Below, piece by piece: positions 48,290-59,300 of a stretch of 64,000 nucleotides of DNA; the first letter of the stretch is position 1; each line of letters begins with the position of its first letter. This DNA is from Pontiella sp. (GTDB lineage: Bacteria; Verrucomicrobiota; Kiritimatiellia; Kiritimatiellales; Pontiellaceae). Under the pieces are notes generated by a model. That model searched no databases, was not told where the DNA came from, and was given only the letters and a program-made list of their open reading frames with translations. The position numbers were made by a program, and so were the translations under genes. The stretch is taken from contig JBNKHE010000004.1 in NCBI GenBank assembly GCA_050290185.1, positions 32,001 to 96,000 on the forward strand, read 5' to 3'.

Positions 48290-50329
48290 ATGAAACCATC
48301 ACTCCGAAAAAACGGGTTTACCCTTATCGAAGCCATGACGGCTTTGTCGATTACCGTTGTTGCCATCACCCTGGCTATCGGCAGCTACATCACTCTACAG
48401 AAAGAACAAAACCGCCAGATAGCCCAAGATAAAACCGATACCGACATTCGTCTGGTTGCCGGTCGAATGCAAAAGGAGATGCGACTTAGTTCCCTTTCCG
48501 AAATGGCATTCTTTCCTGAAGCCCAACCACGTCACACTGGCATCAGCTTCCCCCTGTGCACCGATAGCACCATCACCACAAACAGCCAAGGTGGTATTAA
48601 CTGGGACACGACCGTAATCTATCATGTCTCCACCGACGGCAAGCGCCTCTTGCGCACCGCCTTCCATCCCCGCGACAACTCCCTGAACATCACAGAACGG
48701 CAAATACAATTGAGCCGTGTTTGCTCCGATGAAAACGGGGCACGTGCCGCCAATGGTGAACATGCGTCAACGACCGGACTTTTGGATAATGTATGCGACT
48801 GGAAAATCGTATCGCAGGGCAATGTGTATGACGGCTACAATAGCGAGAGGAAACTGGATCGCGAAGTCAATCTGGGCTCGTGCATCCTGACGCCCGGCAA
48901 GCACACCCTGAAGCTGACCGTAACAGGGAAAAAAAGCCAAAGTTCCGGCTATGCACTGGGAGTCGACACGCTCCATGTTTCCAGTTCCCAAATCGAACGC
49001 GAAGCAGAAGCCCAGCCGGTTTCCGGATCGCCCACTCCGCTTCAGGAATACAACGCCTCCGGCACGTGGAGTGGGTACCACCAGCTGACACTCCCCGCCA
49101 CCCAGATTGGCGACTCCATGGAGATTGATTTCTATAACGATAGATGGGAAGACACCAACTTCGAGCTCAATGGCTGCGTCAAATCGAACACCACCGTAGG
49201 CGCGCTGGATTTCAGCTACAACCCGCCCGATTTAGCCCTGCGCCTTGATGGTAATTCGACCAACTGGACCGCAGCCGCCCAGACGGGCGATTCAACGGGC
49301 AGAGATGGGGATGGCAACTTTTTCGCCGGAAGCATCATTCGCACACTGATCCGTGGAGAGGATATGCCCTGGGGGGCATCGCTGGAAAACGATGGTTTGT
49401 CATGCCGCATCGCCTTTAGCGCTTCCGGTAGTCAGAATTTATCCATCACGGAAGCCTACATCGACGAGTGCGTTTCCAGCACCAACATCACCCCCGATAC
49501 AATCGGCCATCCTTTTCGGATCACCTTTGGAAACACTAACAATATCACCATTCCCCAAGGAGGAACGGCCTGGTCCGACTATCTTGACTATCCGGTCGAG
49601 AGCGAAAAAAGCTACGCAGTTACATTCAGAATTGATTCTGCACCGGCAAACGCCTGTCCCCGGATATGGAATGAAATATTCCCTGGAGCCACCGGAACCT
49701 TCATGATTCCTCTATCGCAAGCTCCAGACCATGATGATCTTGTCCGACCCGTGTGGGCATCCCGCACCGGCATATCCGACCTTCCCCAAGTCGTAGGCGT
49801 AACCATGCTTCATACCACGTATCCCGCCAGCGGCACTTTCATTTCGCCGGTTATGGACACCCACATGGAACAACCGAACTACGACTCCATTGATTGGTCG
49901 GAAGACTGTCCGCGCGGAACCCGGATCCATATCAAAGTGCGCACCGGCAGCTCCTCAAACCTCTCGGATGCTCCGAGCTGGAACAGTGTGTCCACCATAC
50001 CCTCCCCCGGATCGATCATGGTACCCTATGAACGCTATGTACAATACCACGTCACCTTGTTTGCCAGTAGTGATGGACTCGCTACCCCGAAATTAAAAGA
50101 CATCGCCATCCAATGGCCGGGGAATACTGCAATCACCGATATAGGAGGAAGCTTTGTTAATTCGCCGGAGTACGGCCAATTCGAGGCCCTGATCGACAAC
50201 CAGCCGCTGTCCTCTCCCCTGCGGATTTCCATTGGAGCCCAGGAGACCGTCAGAGGTCAAAACAACACCATGAAAACACAGAAAACACTCTGCAACTTCG
50301 AACTAACACCACGAAATACTGGAAACTAG
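48290..50329 (+). CDS. Large prepilin-type protein (PilW-like position)
   Basis: KNG|FTLIEAMTALSITVV class III signal; long beta-rich C-terminal region. Confidence 0.8.
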   Translation: MKPSLRKNGFTLIEAMTALSITVVAITLAIGSYITLQKEQNRQIAQDKTDTDIRLVAGRMQKEMRLSSLSEMAFFPEAQPRHTGISFPLCTDSTITTNSQGGINWDTTVIYHVSTDGKRLLRTAFHPRDNSLNITERQIQLSRVCSDENGARAANGEHASTTGLLDNVCDWKIVSQGNVYDGYNSERKLDREVNLGSCILTPGKHTLKLTVTGKKSQSSGYALGVDTLHVSSSQIEREAEAQPVSGSPTPLQEYNASGTWSGYHQLTLPATQIGDSMEIDFYNDRWEDTNFELNGCVKSNTTVGALDFSYNPPDLALRLDGNSTNWTAAAQTGDSTGRDGDGNFFAGSIIRTLIRGEDMPWGASLENDGLSCRIAFSASGSQNLSITEAYIDECVSSTNITPDTIGHPFRITFGNTNNITIPQGGTAWSDYLDYPVESEKSYAVTFRIDSAPANACPRIWNEIFPGATGTFMIPLSQAPDHDDLVRPVWASRTGISDLPQVVGVTMLHTTYPASGTFISPVMDTHMEQPNYDSIDWSEDCPRGTRIHIKVRTGSSSNLSDAPSWNSVSTIPSPGSIMVPYERYVQYHVTLFASSDGLATPKLKDIAIQWPGNTAITDIGGSFVNSPEYGQFEALIDNQPLSSPLRISIGAQETVRGQNNTMKTQKTLCNFELTPRNTGN

Positions 50330-50331
50330 AC

Positions 50332-51642
50332 ATGGAATACCGCACAAAAAAATCCGAAAAAAAGAAAGGCTATACTCTTCTGCTATGCCTGATCTTCATC
50401 GGTCTTCTTGCGATGGGATCAACCCTTCTAATCAAAACCGCGATGCAGAAAACATATGCAACGCGAAAGAGCATTGCCCGTCTCAAGGCTCAAATCATTG
50501 CAGAAGCAGGCGTCTACAAAACCTTCGCCATGATCAAGGAGGACACCGGCTTCCTGACCCAGACATGCCCCGACGTGGTACTGGACAATGGATCTGCATC
50601 CATCTCGATCACACCCCATAACGCAGAAACCGCCCTGTTATCAACGGACGACGACACGGACGAATATCTGCTCACCTCGACGGGTTCCTGCGACGGTCAA
50701 ATCGTCAGTTCGGCTGTAGTCATCCATTTCGGAGGCACGGGAGGCGAAGCGGTTTCCCAGGAAGTGCTGCAACTCTTCGACGGGGCCCTGTTCTGTGGAG
50801 GCGACGCCGGCATGACGGGGGCGTCGTACATTGATCTGGCAGGCGCAACAGCTCATGTAAACGGAACCCTTTCCATGAAAGGAAGTGCAAACTTCCAGAA
50901 TGGTGGATCAGTCTCCTCCAGCACATCGATTGACATGTCCGGAGGCAATGCAAAAATCAATGGCGATGCCGCAGCTCCGACAATCCCATTGCCCTCCTGG
51001 GCAAAATGGCAGGCACCGGATTACTTTATTACCGGGACAAAAACCGAAATGCCTGTTCCCAGGCAAATGATCGAAATCGATCTTGAACCGTTCCGGGTTT
51101 TCGCAGCAGCAACCGATACGACCGGGCAGGATTATTCCCACAAGCAGTGGAACGACCTCATCACCGATACCTATATTTCCGAGGACGAAATGCCGAATAA
51201 CGGCACGCTGGTGATCGGCGCCTTGCAGGTTGTCCGACCCTCCCACGGCATCCTGTGGGTGGAAGGCAGCATCAAGTTTGCAGGAAGCAGCACCGTTGAA
51301 GGATGCGTCATCGCTACCGGTGACATCGAAGTGCTCGGAGGCATGACGCACAAAAACTCAAATGGTCTTCCATCATTCATGAGCATAAATGGTGATTTGG
51401 TCGTTGGATCCGGATGTATCGCCTATGGCCTGATATACGCCCACAACGGAGATATCAAGATTGCAGGGGATGCTGAAGTCAACGGAGCATTCATCTGTCC
51501 TCGCGGAGACTTCACCCATTGTGGCAGCGGCAAGGTCAAGTACGACAATTCGCGCCCATATGGACCCAACGGCGAAATCGTGATGCTTCCCCAAAACAGC
51601 GCCGGAGGAGGAGCCCCCACGGTGGTGGGATGGGTGGAATAG
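50332..51642 (+). CDS. PilX-like N-terminal protein with beta-helix-like body
   Basis: KKG|YTLLLCLIFIGLL (no Glu5), AQIIAEAG motif; repetitive G.I.A.GDI; ends VVGWVE. Confidence 0.75.
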   Translation: MEYRTKKSEKKKGYTLLLCLIFIGLLAMGSTLLIKTAMQKTYATRKSIARLKAQIIAEAGVYKTFAMIKEDTGFLTQTCPDVVLDNGSASISITPHNAETALLSTDDDTDEYLLTSTGSCDGQIVSSAVVIHFGGTGGEAVSQEVLQLFDGALFCGGDAGMTGASYIDLAGATAHVNGTLSMKGSANFQNGGSVSSSTSIDMSGGNAKINGDAAAPTIPLPSWAKWQAPDYFITGTKTEMPVPRQMIEIDLEPFRVFAAATDTTGQDYSHKQWNDLITDTYISEDEMPNNGTLVIGALQVVRPSHGILWVEGSIKFAGSSTVEGCVIATGDIEVLGGMTHKNSNGLPSFMSINGDLVVGSGCIAYGLIYAHNGDIKIAGDAEVNGAFICPRGDFTHCGSGKVKYDNSRPYGPNGEIVMLPQNSAGGGAPTVVGWVE

Positions 51643-51790
51643 CGCATCCTGCCAATTCCACCATCGATAAGAAACGCACGGACATCAAACAGGCACTGAT
51701 TCCACACCGCAAGACCATTGCCGTGCCTCGAAATACGCGCATTACTTCCGGAAAAATTTGTTCCGCACAACCGATACCATTCGGCAAATT

Positions 51791-51820
51791 AAAGGCTGGA
51801 TCGCGGATCCAGCCCTTTTT
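51791..51820. terminator. Probable bidirectional intrinsic terminator
   Basis: AAA-GGCTGGATC-GCG-GATCCAGCC-CTTTTT between convergent genes. Confidence 0.7.
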
Positions 51821-51844
51821 CATCCAGCTTTCCGAACCTAGAAC

Positions 51845-53659
51845 CTAGGCCCGCAGATCGGGCTCGGATTCATCAACGGCTTCCTTTTCCACCTTCTTTG
51901 GGAGATGGAGCTTGAGATGCAGATCGCGTATCTGATTGAACTCGACCTCACCGGGTGCACCCATCAAAAGATCCTGCGCCTTCTGGTTCATCGGGAACGC
52001 GATAACCTCGCGAATGTTGGGCTCGTTTGCCAGCAACATGATGATGCGGTCAACACCGGGGGCGATACCTGCGTGCGGCGGCGCACCGTACTGGAACGCG
52101 CGGTACAGCGCCGGGAACTTGGATTCGACCACGGACTGGTCGTAGCCGGCAATCGCGAACGCCTTGACCATCATTTCCGGACTATGGTTTCGAACCGCGC
52201 CGGATGAAAGCTCGGTGCCGTTGCATACAATGTCGTACTGGTAGGCTAGAATGTCCAGTGGATCCTTGTTCAGCAAGTCATCCATTCCGCCCTGCGGCAT
52301 TGAGAACGGGTTGTGCGAAAACTCCACCTTGCCTTCGTCGTCGAGTTCATACATCGGGAAGTCGACAATCCAGCAAAACTTAAAGACGTCAGGATCGATG
52401 AGTTCGAGACGATGGCCAAGTTCTTCGCGGACGCATGCACCGATGTGGGTGGCTTCCTTTTCCTTGTCGGCGATGAAGAACATCACGTCGCCGTCGCCCA
52501 CCCCGCCGAGCTCCTTGAGCTGGTTCATGGTTTCTTCGGAAAGGAACTTGGCGATCGGGCTCTGTACCTCCCCGTCAATCCAGCGCAGGTAGCCGAGGCC
52601 CTTGGAGCCGACGCCCTGGGCAAACTTGATCATGTCGTCGAAAAATTTGCGCGATTTGTCGGCGCAACCCTTGGCGGCGATGGTCTTGACAACCCCGCCG
52701 GAAGCAACCACGCCGGCGAATGCCTTGAAGTCGCAGTTACGGAAGAGCTCCGACGCATCCTGGAGGATCAGCGGATTGCGCAGATCCGGCTTGTCCGTGC
52801 CATACTTATCCATCGCTTCCTTATAAGGAATGCGCTGGAACGGGATGTCGTCGACGGTCTTTTCGGAAAACTCGGTGAAGATTTTGTGGAGTACTTTTTC
52901 GTTCACTTCGAACACATCGTCCTGGGTGGCAAAAGCCATTTCCATATCGAGCTGATAAAACTCGCCCGGCGAACGGTCGGCGCGGGCGTCTTCGTCGCGG
53001 AAGCACGGGGCAATCTGAAAGTAGCGGTCGAAACCGGAGGTCATCAGCAGCTGTTTGAACTGCTGGGGGGCCTGCGGCAAAGCGTAGAACTTACCGGGAT
53101 GAACGCGGCTCGGAACGAGGTAGTCGCGCGCACCTTCGGGCGAGCTGTTGGTAAGAATCGGCGTCTGGATTTCCATAAAGCCTTCGCCGGTCATCAACTC
53201 GCGCATACGGGAAATCACCTTGGAACGCAGAACAATGTTGTTGTGCAGGCTTTCGCGGCGCAGATCGAGGAAACGGTATTCGAGCCGCATCGTTTCATTG
53301 CACTCTTCCTCCTTGGAAACCTGAAAAGGAATCACCTTGGATTCACCGAGGGTTTCCATCTCTTTGGCAACCACTTCGATATCGCCGGTAGGCAGCTTCG
53401 GGTTGATGGCCTCGGGAATACGGTCAACCACCTGGCCGGTGAAGCAAATCGTGGACTCAACACGCCAATGCTCAACCCCTTTATAGAAAGGCTGCGAAGG
53501 ATCGATCACGATCTGGGTCAGTCCATAGTGGTCGCGCAGGTCGATAAAAATGATTCCGCCATGGTCGCGCACGCTGTGTACCCAGCCGGAAAGCTTAACG
53601 ATTTGATGAACGTCTTCTTTTCTGAGTTCGCCGCAATTGTGTGTTCTATATCGATGCAT
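51845..53659 (-). CDS. aspS: Aspartate-tRNA ligase (likely non-discriminating)
   Basis: YRTHNCGEL, RDHGG, SPEGARDY, YALPQAPQ, CFRDED.RADR, GAPPHAG. Confidence 0.97.
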   Translation of the reverse strand: MHRYRTHNCGELRKEDVHQIVKLSGWVHSVRDHGGIIFIDLRDHYGLTQIVIDPSQPFYKGVEHWRVESTICFTGQVVDRIPEAINPKLPTGDIEVVAKEMETLGESKVIPFQVSKEEECNETMRLEYRFLDLRRESLHNNIVLRSKVISRMRELMTGEGFMEIQTPILTNSSPEGARDYLVPSRVHPGKFYALPQAPQQFKQLLMTSGFDRYFQIAPCFRDEDARADRSPGEFYQLDMEMAFATQDDVFEVNEKVLHKIFTEFSEKTVDDIPFQRIPYKEAMDKYGTDKPDLRNPLILQDASELFRNCDFKAFAGVVASGGVVKTIAAKGCADKSRKFFDDMIKFAQGVGSKGLGYLRWIDGEVQSPIAKFLSEETMNQLKELGGVGDGDVMFFIADKEKEATHIGACVREELGHRLELIDPDVFKFCWIVDFPMYELDDEGKVEFSHNPFSMPQGGMDDLLNKDPLDILAYQYDIVCNGTELSSGAVRNHSPEMMVKAFAIAGYDQSVVESKFPALYRAFQYGAPPHAGIAPGVDRIIMLLANEPNIREVIAFPMNQKAQDLLMGAPGEVEFNQIRDLHLKLHLPKKVEKEAVDESEPDLRA

Positions 53660-53724
53660 GGTATTCTCCTTGGCGTGACGAGTGAGGCGTGACGATCGGT
53701 TGATCGGCAATCACGGCTCACGTT

Positions 53725-54966
53725 TCACGCATCACGTATTACTTCCTCTAAATTCAATTCCTGTTGCGAACCTTCCTTCATGTCCTTAACAACAGCGGTT
53801 CCCCTGGCGAGCTCGTCGTCGCCGCGAATGATTACTTTGGCGGCCTTGGCGCGGTCGGCCTTGCGCATCTGCGCCTTCATGCTTTTGGCGGAAAGCTCCA
53901 GGCCGCACCGAATCCCTTTGGATCGAAGTTCGGTGGCCAGTTTCATGTTTTCCGCCAAAGCGGCCTCGCCCAGCGACACCAGCCAAACGCCGCCGTCCGG
54001 AGCAAACTGTTCTGCCGTGATTCCGCAGGCTTCGAGCGCCATGATGGCCCGCTCAAAGCCGACCGCGAAACCGACACCCGGAATGGCTTTCTTGCCCAGC
54101 GCGATTTCGTAGCGGCCACCGCCGGCCAACGCATCCTGCGCACCGAGTGCGGAATGGCTTATTTCCCAAACGGTGTGCACGTAATAGTCGAGTCCGCGGA
54201 TCAACTTTGGATTGACCACCACTTCGATTCCCATGGTGTTCAGCGCATCCACAACCTGATCGAGGTAGGCACGCGACGCATCGCTCATGAATTCAATGGC
54301 AGAAGGGATCTGATCGACAATCTTGCCGCAGTTTTCGTTCTTGCAGTCGATCACGCGCAACACGTTTTCATCAATACGACGCTGGCAATCTTCACACAAA
54401 TCCGTCAGGTGCGGCTGCAGCGCCGCGCGCAGTCCATCGGCCACGGGTTTGCGATCCGAGGGCTCGCCACGGGTACTGATCTGGATTTTAGAGCCGGTTA
54501 AGCCCCATGAGTCGAGCAACCCTTTTTGCAGTGCAATACACTCTGCATCAGCCAGCGGATTCGGATCGCCTGTCGCTTCAACACCGACCTGATGGAACTG
54601 GCGCTTGCGTCCGGCTTGCGGGCGCTCGTACCGAAACATCGGGGCGATGTAGAAAACCCGGGCGTTTAGCCCCTCTTCGCCCCTACCCGCCAAATGGCGG
54701 ATGGTTCCCGCCGTGCCTTCCGGGCGCATAGCCAGCTCGTGCTTGCTCGGCTTGAAGGAATACATTTCTTTTTTGACCACATCGGTGGTATCGCCGAGCG
54801 AGCGCTGGAAGACGGAAAGTTTTTCAAGCACAGGGGTGCGGAGCTCTTCGTAACCATAACTCGTGAAGAGCGCACGCGCCCGTTCCTCCATCATGCGCCA
54901 GATATAGATTTCCGGCGCTTGAATGTCGGACATGCCTTGAAGAGGCTGGAATTCGTTTGAAGCCAT
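53725..54966 (-). CDS. hisS: Histidine-tRNA ligase
   Basis: RTPVLE, KEMY, RPEGTA, FRYERPQAGR.RQFHQ, RGLDYY, GGGRY. Confidence 0.97.
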   Translation of the reverse strand: MASNEFQPLQGMSDIQAPEIYIWRMMEERARALFTSYGYEELRTPVLEKLSVFQRSLGDTTDVVKKEMYSFKPSKHELAMRPEGTAGTIRHLAGRGEEGLNARVFYIAPMFRYERPQAGRKRQFHQVGVEATGDPNPLADAECIALQKGLLDSWGLTGSKIQISTRGEPSDRKPVADGLRAALQPHLTDLCEDCQRRIDENVLRVIDCKNENCGKIVDQIPSAIEFMSDASRAYLDQVVDALNTMGIEVVVNPKLIRGLDYYVHTVWEISHSALGAQDALAGGGRYEIALGKKAIPGVGFAVGFERAIMALEACGITAEQFAPDGGVWLVSLGEAALAENMKLATELRSKGIRCGLELSAKSMKAQMRKADRAKAAKVIIRGDDELARGTAVVKDMKEGSQQELNLEEVIRDA

Positions 54967-55076
54967 TAACTTATTTCCGATTGATGATTTCCGATTGGGG
55001 ATTTACAGACCGACTATGCCGCAGACGGGCAACGCCAATTCGATCGTCAATCAACCATTTCAAACCGGCAATGGGG

Positions 55077-55358
55077 TTACTCGCCCGTGATCTTCTGGCG
55101 CATGATTTTTCCCGGCTTGAATTTAACCACCTTGCGCGCAGGAATGGTCACAACGTTTTCGGGCTTGTTGGGATTACGGCCGATGCGCTGCTTGCGCTCG
55201 CGTACTTCAAATACACCAAAATTACGAAATTCAACGGTATCGTTCTGTTCGAGGGCTTCAACAATGTAGTCCAGACTCTTCTGGATTACTGCATAGACGT
55301 CCTGCTGGATCAATCCGGTTTCATCTGCAATGCGCATCACCAAATCTCGTTTCGTCAT
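55077..55358 (-). CDS. HU/IHF-family DNA-binding protein
   Basis: MTKRDLV...VEFRNFGVF...GRNP...IPARKVVKFKPGK. Confidence 0.95.
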   Translation of the reverse strand: MTKRDLVMRIADETGLIQQDVYAVIQKSLDYIVEALEQNDTVEFRNFGVFEVRERKQRIGRNPNKPENVVTIPARKVVKFKPGKIMRQKITGE

Positions 55359-55493
55359 CTTTCATATCTCCTTGATTTTTAAATAGTTCAACAAAACGGA
55401 AGCCCGTTATGTAAAAATTGAACCCCGGATCTTATTCAGACCACATAAACGGTCAAGTTAATCCGGTCAATATTAATGAATTAGCGCGAAAAA

Positions 55494-56138
55494 CTAACGC
55501 GCAAGGATGTGGACTGCCAGGAAGACCCAGAAGAGAATGAAACTGAACACGGTCAAACTCTTGTTGAAGGTGTAAAAATGGTCCTTCGGATTAATAATGA
55601 AAGCCGTCTGCTCGGCCGCCACCATGGTATGAGGGGCAATCAGCACCTTCTGGACGGTACCTTTGGAGGGGGCCTTGAGCTCCGAGGAATCCAATACGTT
55701 TCTCAGCTCTTCCACGTTGGCCAGTGCCTCATCCATGGTCTGCTGCGACGTTTCCAAACGGGTTTGGAGATCCGGGGCCGCGTCACTCGAGCCCGCACTG
55801 CCGGAGCCTTGAGCCAACTCCTTTTCCAGTTCCATATGCTTATTCTTGGCTTCGGTGTAGGCCTCCTTGGCCTTGTCATATTCCACGGCAACGCGATCGC
55901 TGCGCAATTCGGCGAGCAGTTCGTTTTCCCCAACGGGATCGCCCACGCCAACCTTGACATCCTTCACCGTACCGGACACGGCAAACACCACATCCACCTT
56001 CAAGGGGTGTTTCTTCAGGACCTTTTCGGAAGGGAACCACGCATCCTTGACGGCCCATAGGCACAGGAAAAAGAAAATAGCTGCAAGTATCAGAAAATCG
56101 TTTGTCCCCTTGACGTTGTACTCTCGTTTAGCCGGCAT
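55494..56138 (-). CDS. HlyD/biotinyl-lipoyl-like membrane protein
   Basis: N-terminal TM; VSGTV..V.V.VGD.V...LL; coiled coil; LKAP.KGTV; second TM at the C-terminus. Confidence 0.7.
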   Translation of the reverse strand: MPAKREYNVKGTNDFLILAAIFFFLCLWAVKDAWFPSEKVLKKHPLKVDVVFAVSGTVKDVKVGVGDPVGENELLAELRSDRVAVEYDKAKEAYTEAKNKHMELEKELAQGSGSAGSSDAAPDLQTRLETSQQTMDEALANVEELRNVLDSSELKAPSKGTVQKVLIAPHTMVAAEQTAFIINPKDHFYTFNKSLTVFSFILFWVFLAVHILAR

Positions 56139-56311
56139 GAATCGAAACTCCTTCAGTTGAACACAAAAGAGATTGTCAAACAGCCCTAGGCTTGTCGACC
56201 TTCAAATCCTTCTCTTGCGATGACTTTTGCCCTACTTTCAGCGGAAATTCGGTTTTAATCCCGCCTACGGTTTGTGCTACCTTCCTCTATCTTTTTTTGG
56301 AGGAGGCACAG

Positions 56312-59300
56312 GTGTACCTGAAAACGCTGGAAATTATTGGTTTCAAGAGCTTCGCGAACAAAACCAAGCTGGAATTCGAACCGGGCATGACGGCCATCGT
56401 CGGCCCGAACGGCTGCGGCAAGAGCAACGTTTCCGACGCCGTACGCTGGGTGCTGGGCGAACAGCGTGCCCGCGCCTTGCGCGGCGCGAAGATGGAAGAT
56501 GTTATTTTTAACGGCACCGACTCCGCCAAGGCGCTCGGCATGGCCGAAGTGAGCATTACACTGGCCGACTGCACCGACGCGTTGGGCATCGAATACGACG
56601 AAGTATGCATCACCCGCCGCGTGTTCCGCTCCGGCGAAAGCGGTTATTTTCTTAACCGCAAGGCCTGCCGCCTGAAGGATATCCAACGGCTGTTCATGGA
56701 TACCGGCGTCGGCACCGATTCCTACTCCGTACTCGAACAGGGTAAGATCGACCAGATTCTCTCGGCGCGTCCGGAAGATCGCCGCGGCGTTTTTGAAGAA
56801 GCCAGCGGCATCACCAAATACAAAGCCGACAAGAAAGAGGCGCTGCGCAAACTTGAACATACCGAAGCCAACCTGCTTCGACTCGCCGACGTCATCCGCG
56901 AAGTCAAGCGGCAGATTATCTCTCTCCAGCGTCAGGCCGGCAAAGCCAAGCGCTACAAGGATCTTTCCGAAGAAATGCGCAGCCTCGACATCTATGTCAC
57001 GCGCGAACGACTCAAGGAATACGCATTAAAGATCAACGAGCTGACCGGGGAACTACAGGTGCTCGAACAAAAGGTCGGCGAACTGCATGGTCAGGTGGAA
57101 GCGGCGGAAACCGAAGCGGAATCCTCCCGGCAGGCGCTCTCGCAACTGGAGCAGACCATTTCCGAAGCGATGGAACAGGCCTCAGCCGCACGCAGCGACC
57201 TGGAGCGCACCCGCAACCTGATCGCCATGAACACCGATCGTATTGCGGAACTGTCCACCCTGGCCCAGCGCAACTCGCAGGAAACCGAAGAGGCCCGCAT
57301 CCGCCTCGAGGCCCACCGCAACGAGCTGGATAAAATCATTGCCGACATGGCGGTTGCCGAAACTGAAAAAGGGGCCGCCCAGGCGGAACTCGAAAAGGCT
57401 ACCGCCGCACAAAAAGAAGTCGAAGACCAGATGAATGCAACCCGAGCAAAGGTGAACGACCTGCGCAATGAATCGGTGGCGCTCGACAGCACGGCCTCCA
57501 AGATGCAGAACGAACTGAACGAGTTGGATGCACGCGACCGGTCCGCCATGCTCAAGAAGGAACGGCTCGCCACGGAAAAATCGGAACTGGAACGTTCGCT
57601 CAAGCAATTTCTTGAACATCGCGGGGAAATGGACGCCAAGGTGGAAACCCTGTCTTCCAAAGTGGCGGAACAGGCCGAGATGCTCACCCAGCTCAACAGT
57701 GAACGCGGAACTCGCAAGGATCTGATCGTCGACAACGAAAAGGAACTGAACGAAAAACAGAAGACCGCAGCCGCAAAGCGCGCCCAGCTGGAAATGCTAT
57801 CCGGCGGCGAAGCCCGTCAGGCCGGCTTTCCGCCCGGTGCCCAGCTCCTGCTGGATCCGCCTGCCGATTTCACGCCCGACCGGGCCGGCATTATTGGACC
57901 GCTGGCCGAACAGCTCAAAACGACCCCGGAATACCAGACCGCGCTCGAAGCGATCCTGCGCCCCTGCCTCGATGCCATCGTGATCCGCGACGAAGCCTAT
58001 GCCCGCGAAGCCCTCGCATGGCTGCGCGACCAGGACGCCGGCAGCGCCCGCTTGCTCAGCGTAAACTCAAGCATGGAAGAGGCATCCTTCGACACCTCCT
58101 CGCCCGTCGGCAAGGGCCTATTGGACTGCGTCACCTTTGGCGATGAAGTCGCGCCGCTGGTCCGCCGGCTTTTCTGGAATGTCCGCGTGGTTGGATCCGA
58201 ATCCGAGATCCCTCATGTTCTTTCGTCCGACACAGTCGTGGTATCGCAGAATGGAACCATCATCTCAGGCGATGGCTCTTCGGAACTCTGGATGCCGGGC
58301 ACGGAAGACAAGAGTCCGCTGGCACGCCATCAGATGCGCGAACAGCTACAGGATGAAATCGAAAAGCTGAATGCAGACATCGAAAAACTGGAAGCAACCG
58401 TAACCACACTCCGCACCGAAGAATCCGACATGGCAACCACCATCGACGGGGCCCGCCAGCAGTTGGAGGAATATCGACGCGAACTCGCCCTGCAGGAAGG
58501 CGAGCGGCAGGTCATTGTGCGCGAAACCGCATCGGCACAGGAGCGGGTTGAAACCGTTACCTTTGAATTCAACAATCTCACGGAAACCGAAAGCAAAGGG
58601 GTCGAGCTGCGCTCGCGGCTCGCCAACGAAGTGCAGGAAACGCGCAACCGGCAGGCCCATGTACGCACGCAGATCGCCGAGCAGACCAAGGCCCTGAACG
58701 AGATCGAGGAGCGCCGTTCCGATGCCCTGTCGGTCACCTCCGAGCATCGTATCGTATTCTCGCAAAAAACCTCTGCACTGGAGCATCTGAACAACCGCAA
58801 GCAACCGATGGAAGCCCGCATCCGCGAACTGGAAGAGCTGATCCACGACCGCACGGGCGGAATCGATTCCTACAACCGGCGCATTGACGACCTGAAGAAT
58901 TCGATCGAAGAGGAAAGCGGCAAAATCGAACCGCTGGAAGCACGCCTGCTGGAAACCTCGCAGACCCTTGAAAGCGAGCGGGCGCGGCGCGAGGAAACCA
59001 TCCGCATACTCACGACGGCTGAAAACCGGCTGCGCGGCCTGCGTGATACGCTCGAAAGCGAACTGAACAAAAAATCCCGGATCGAGGTTGAGCGTGCCGA
59101 ATTCAAGATGCGGCACGACAACGCCCTCGAACGGGTGACAGGCACCTACCATATCACGAAGGAAGAGCTTGCGGAGGCGGAGGCCCCGCACTGGGAAAAC
59201 GACGAGGTTCCCGATCGAGACGAGATCGAAACCCGCGTGGCCGAACTTAAGGCCAAGATCGATTCCATGGGCCCGGTCAATCTGGTAGCCATCGATGAAC

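Noticed and set aside
52313..53692. 459-aa ORF opposite aspS, and similar long antisense ORFs (8071..9399, 11150..12727, 17559..18923, 19490..21109, 34017..35189, 58346..59572, 62729..63811)
   Set aside because: All mirror well-supported genes on the other strand and lack independent domain signatures.
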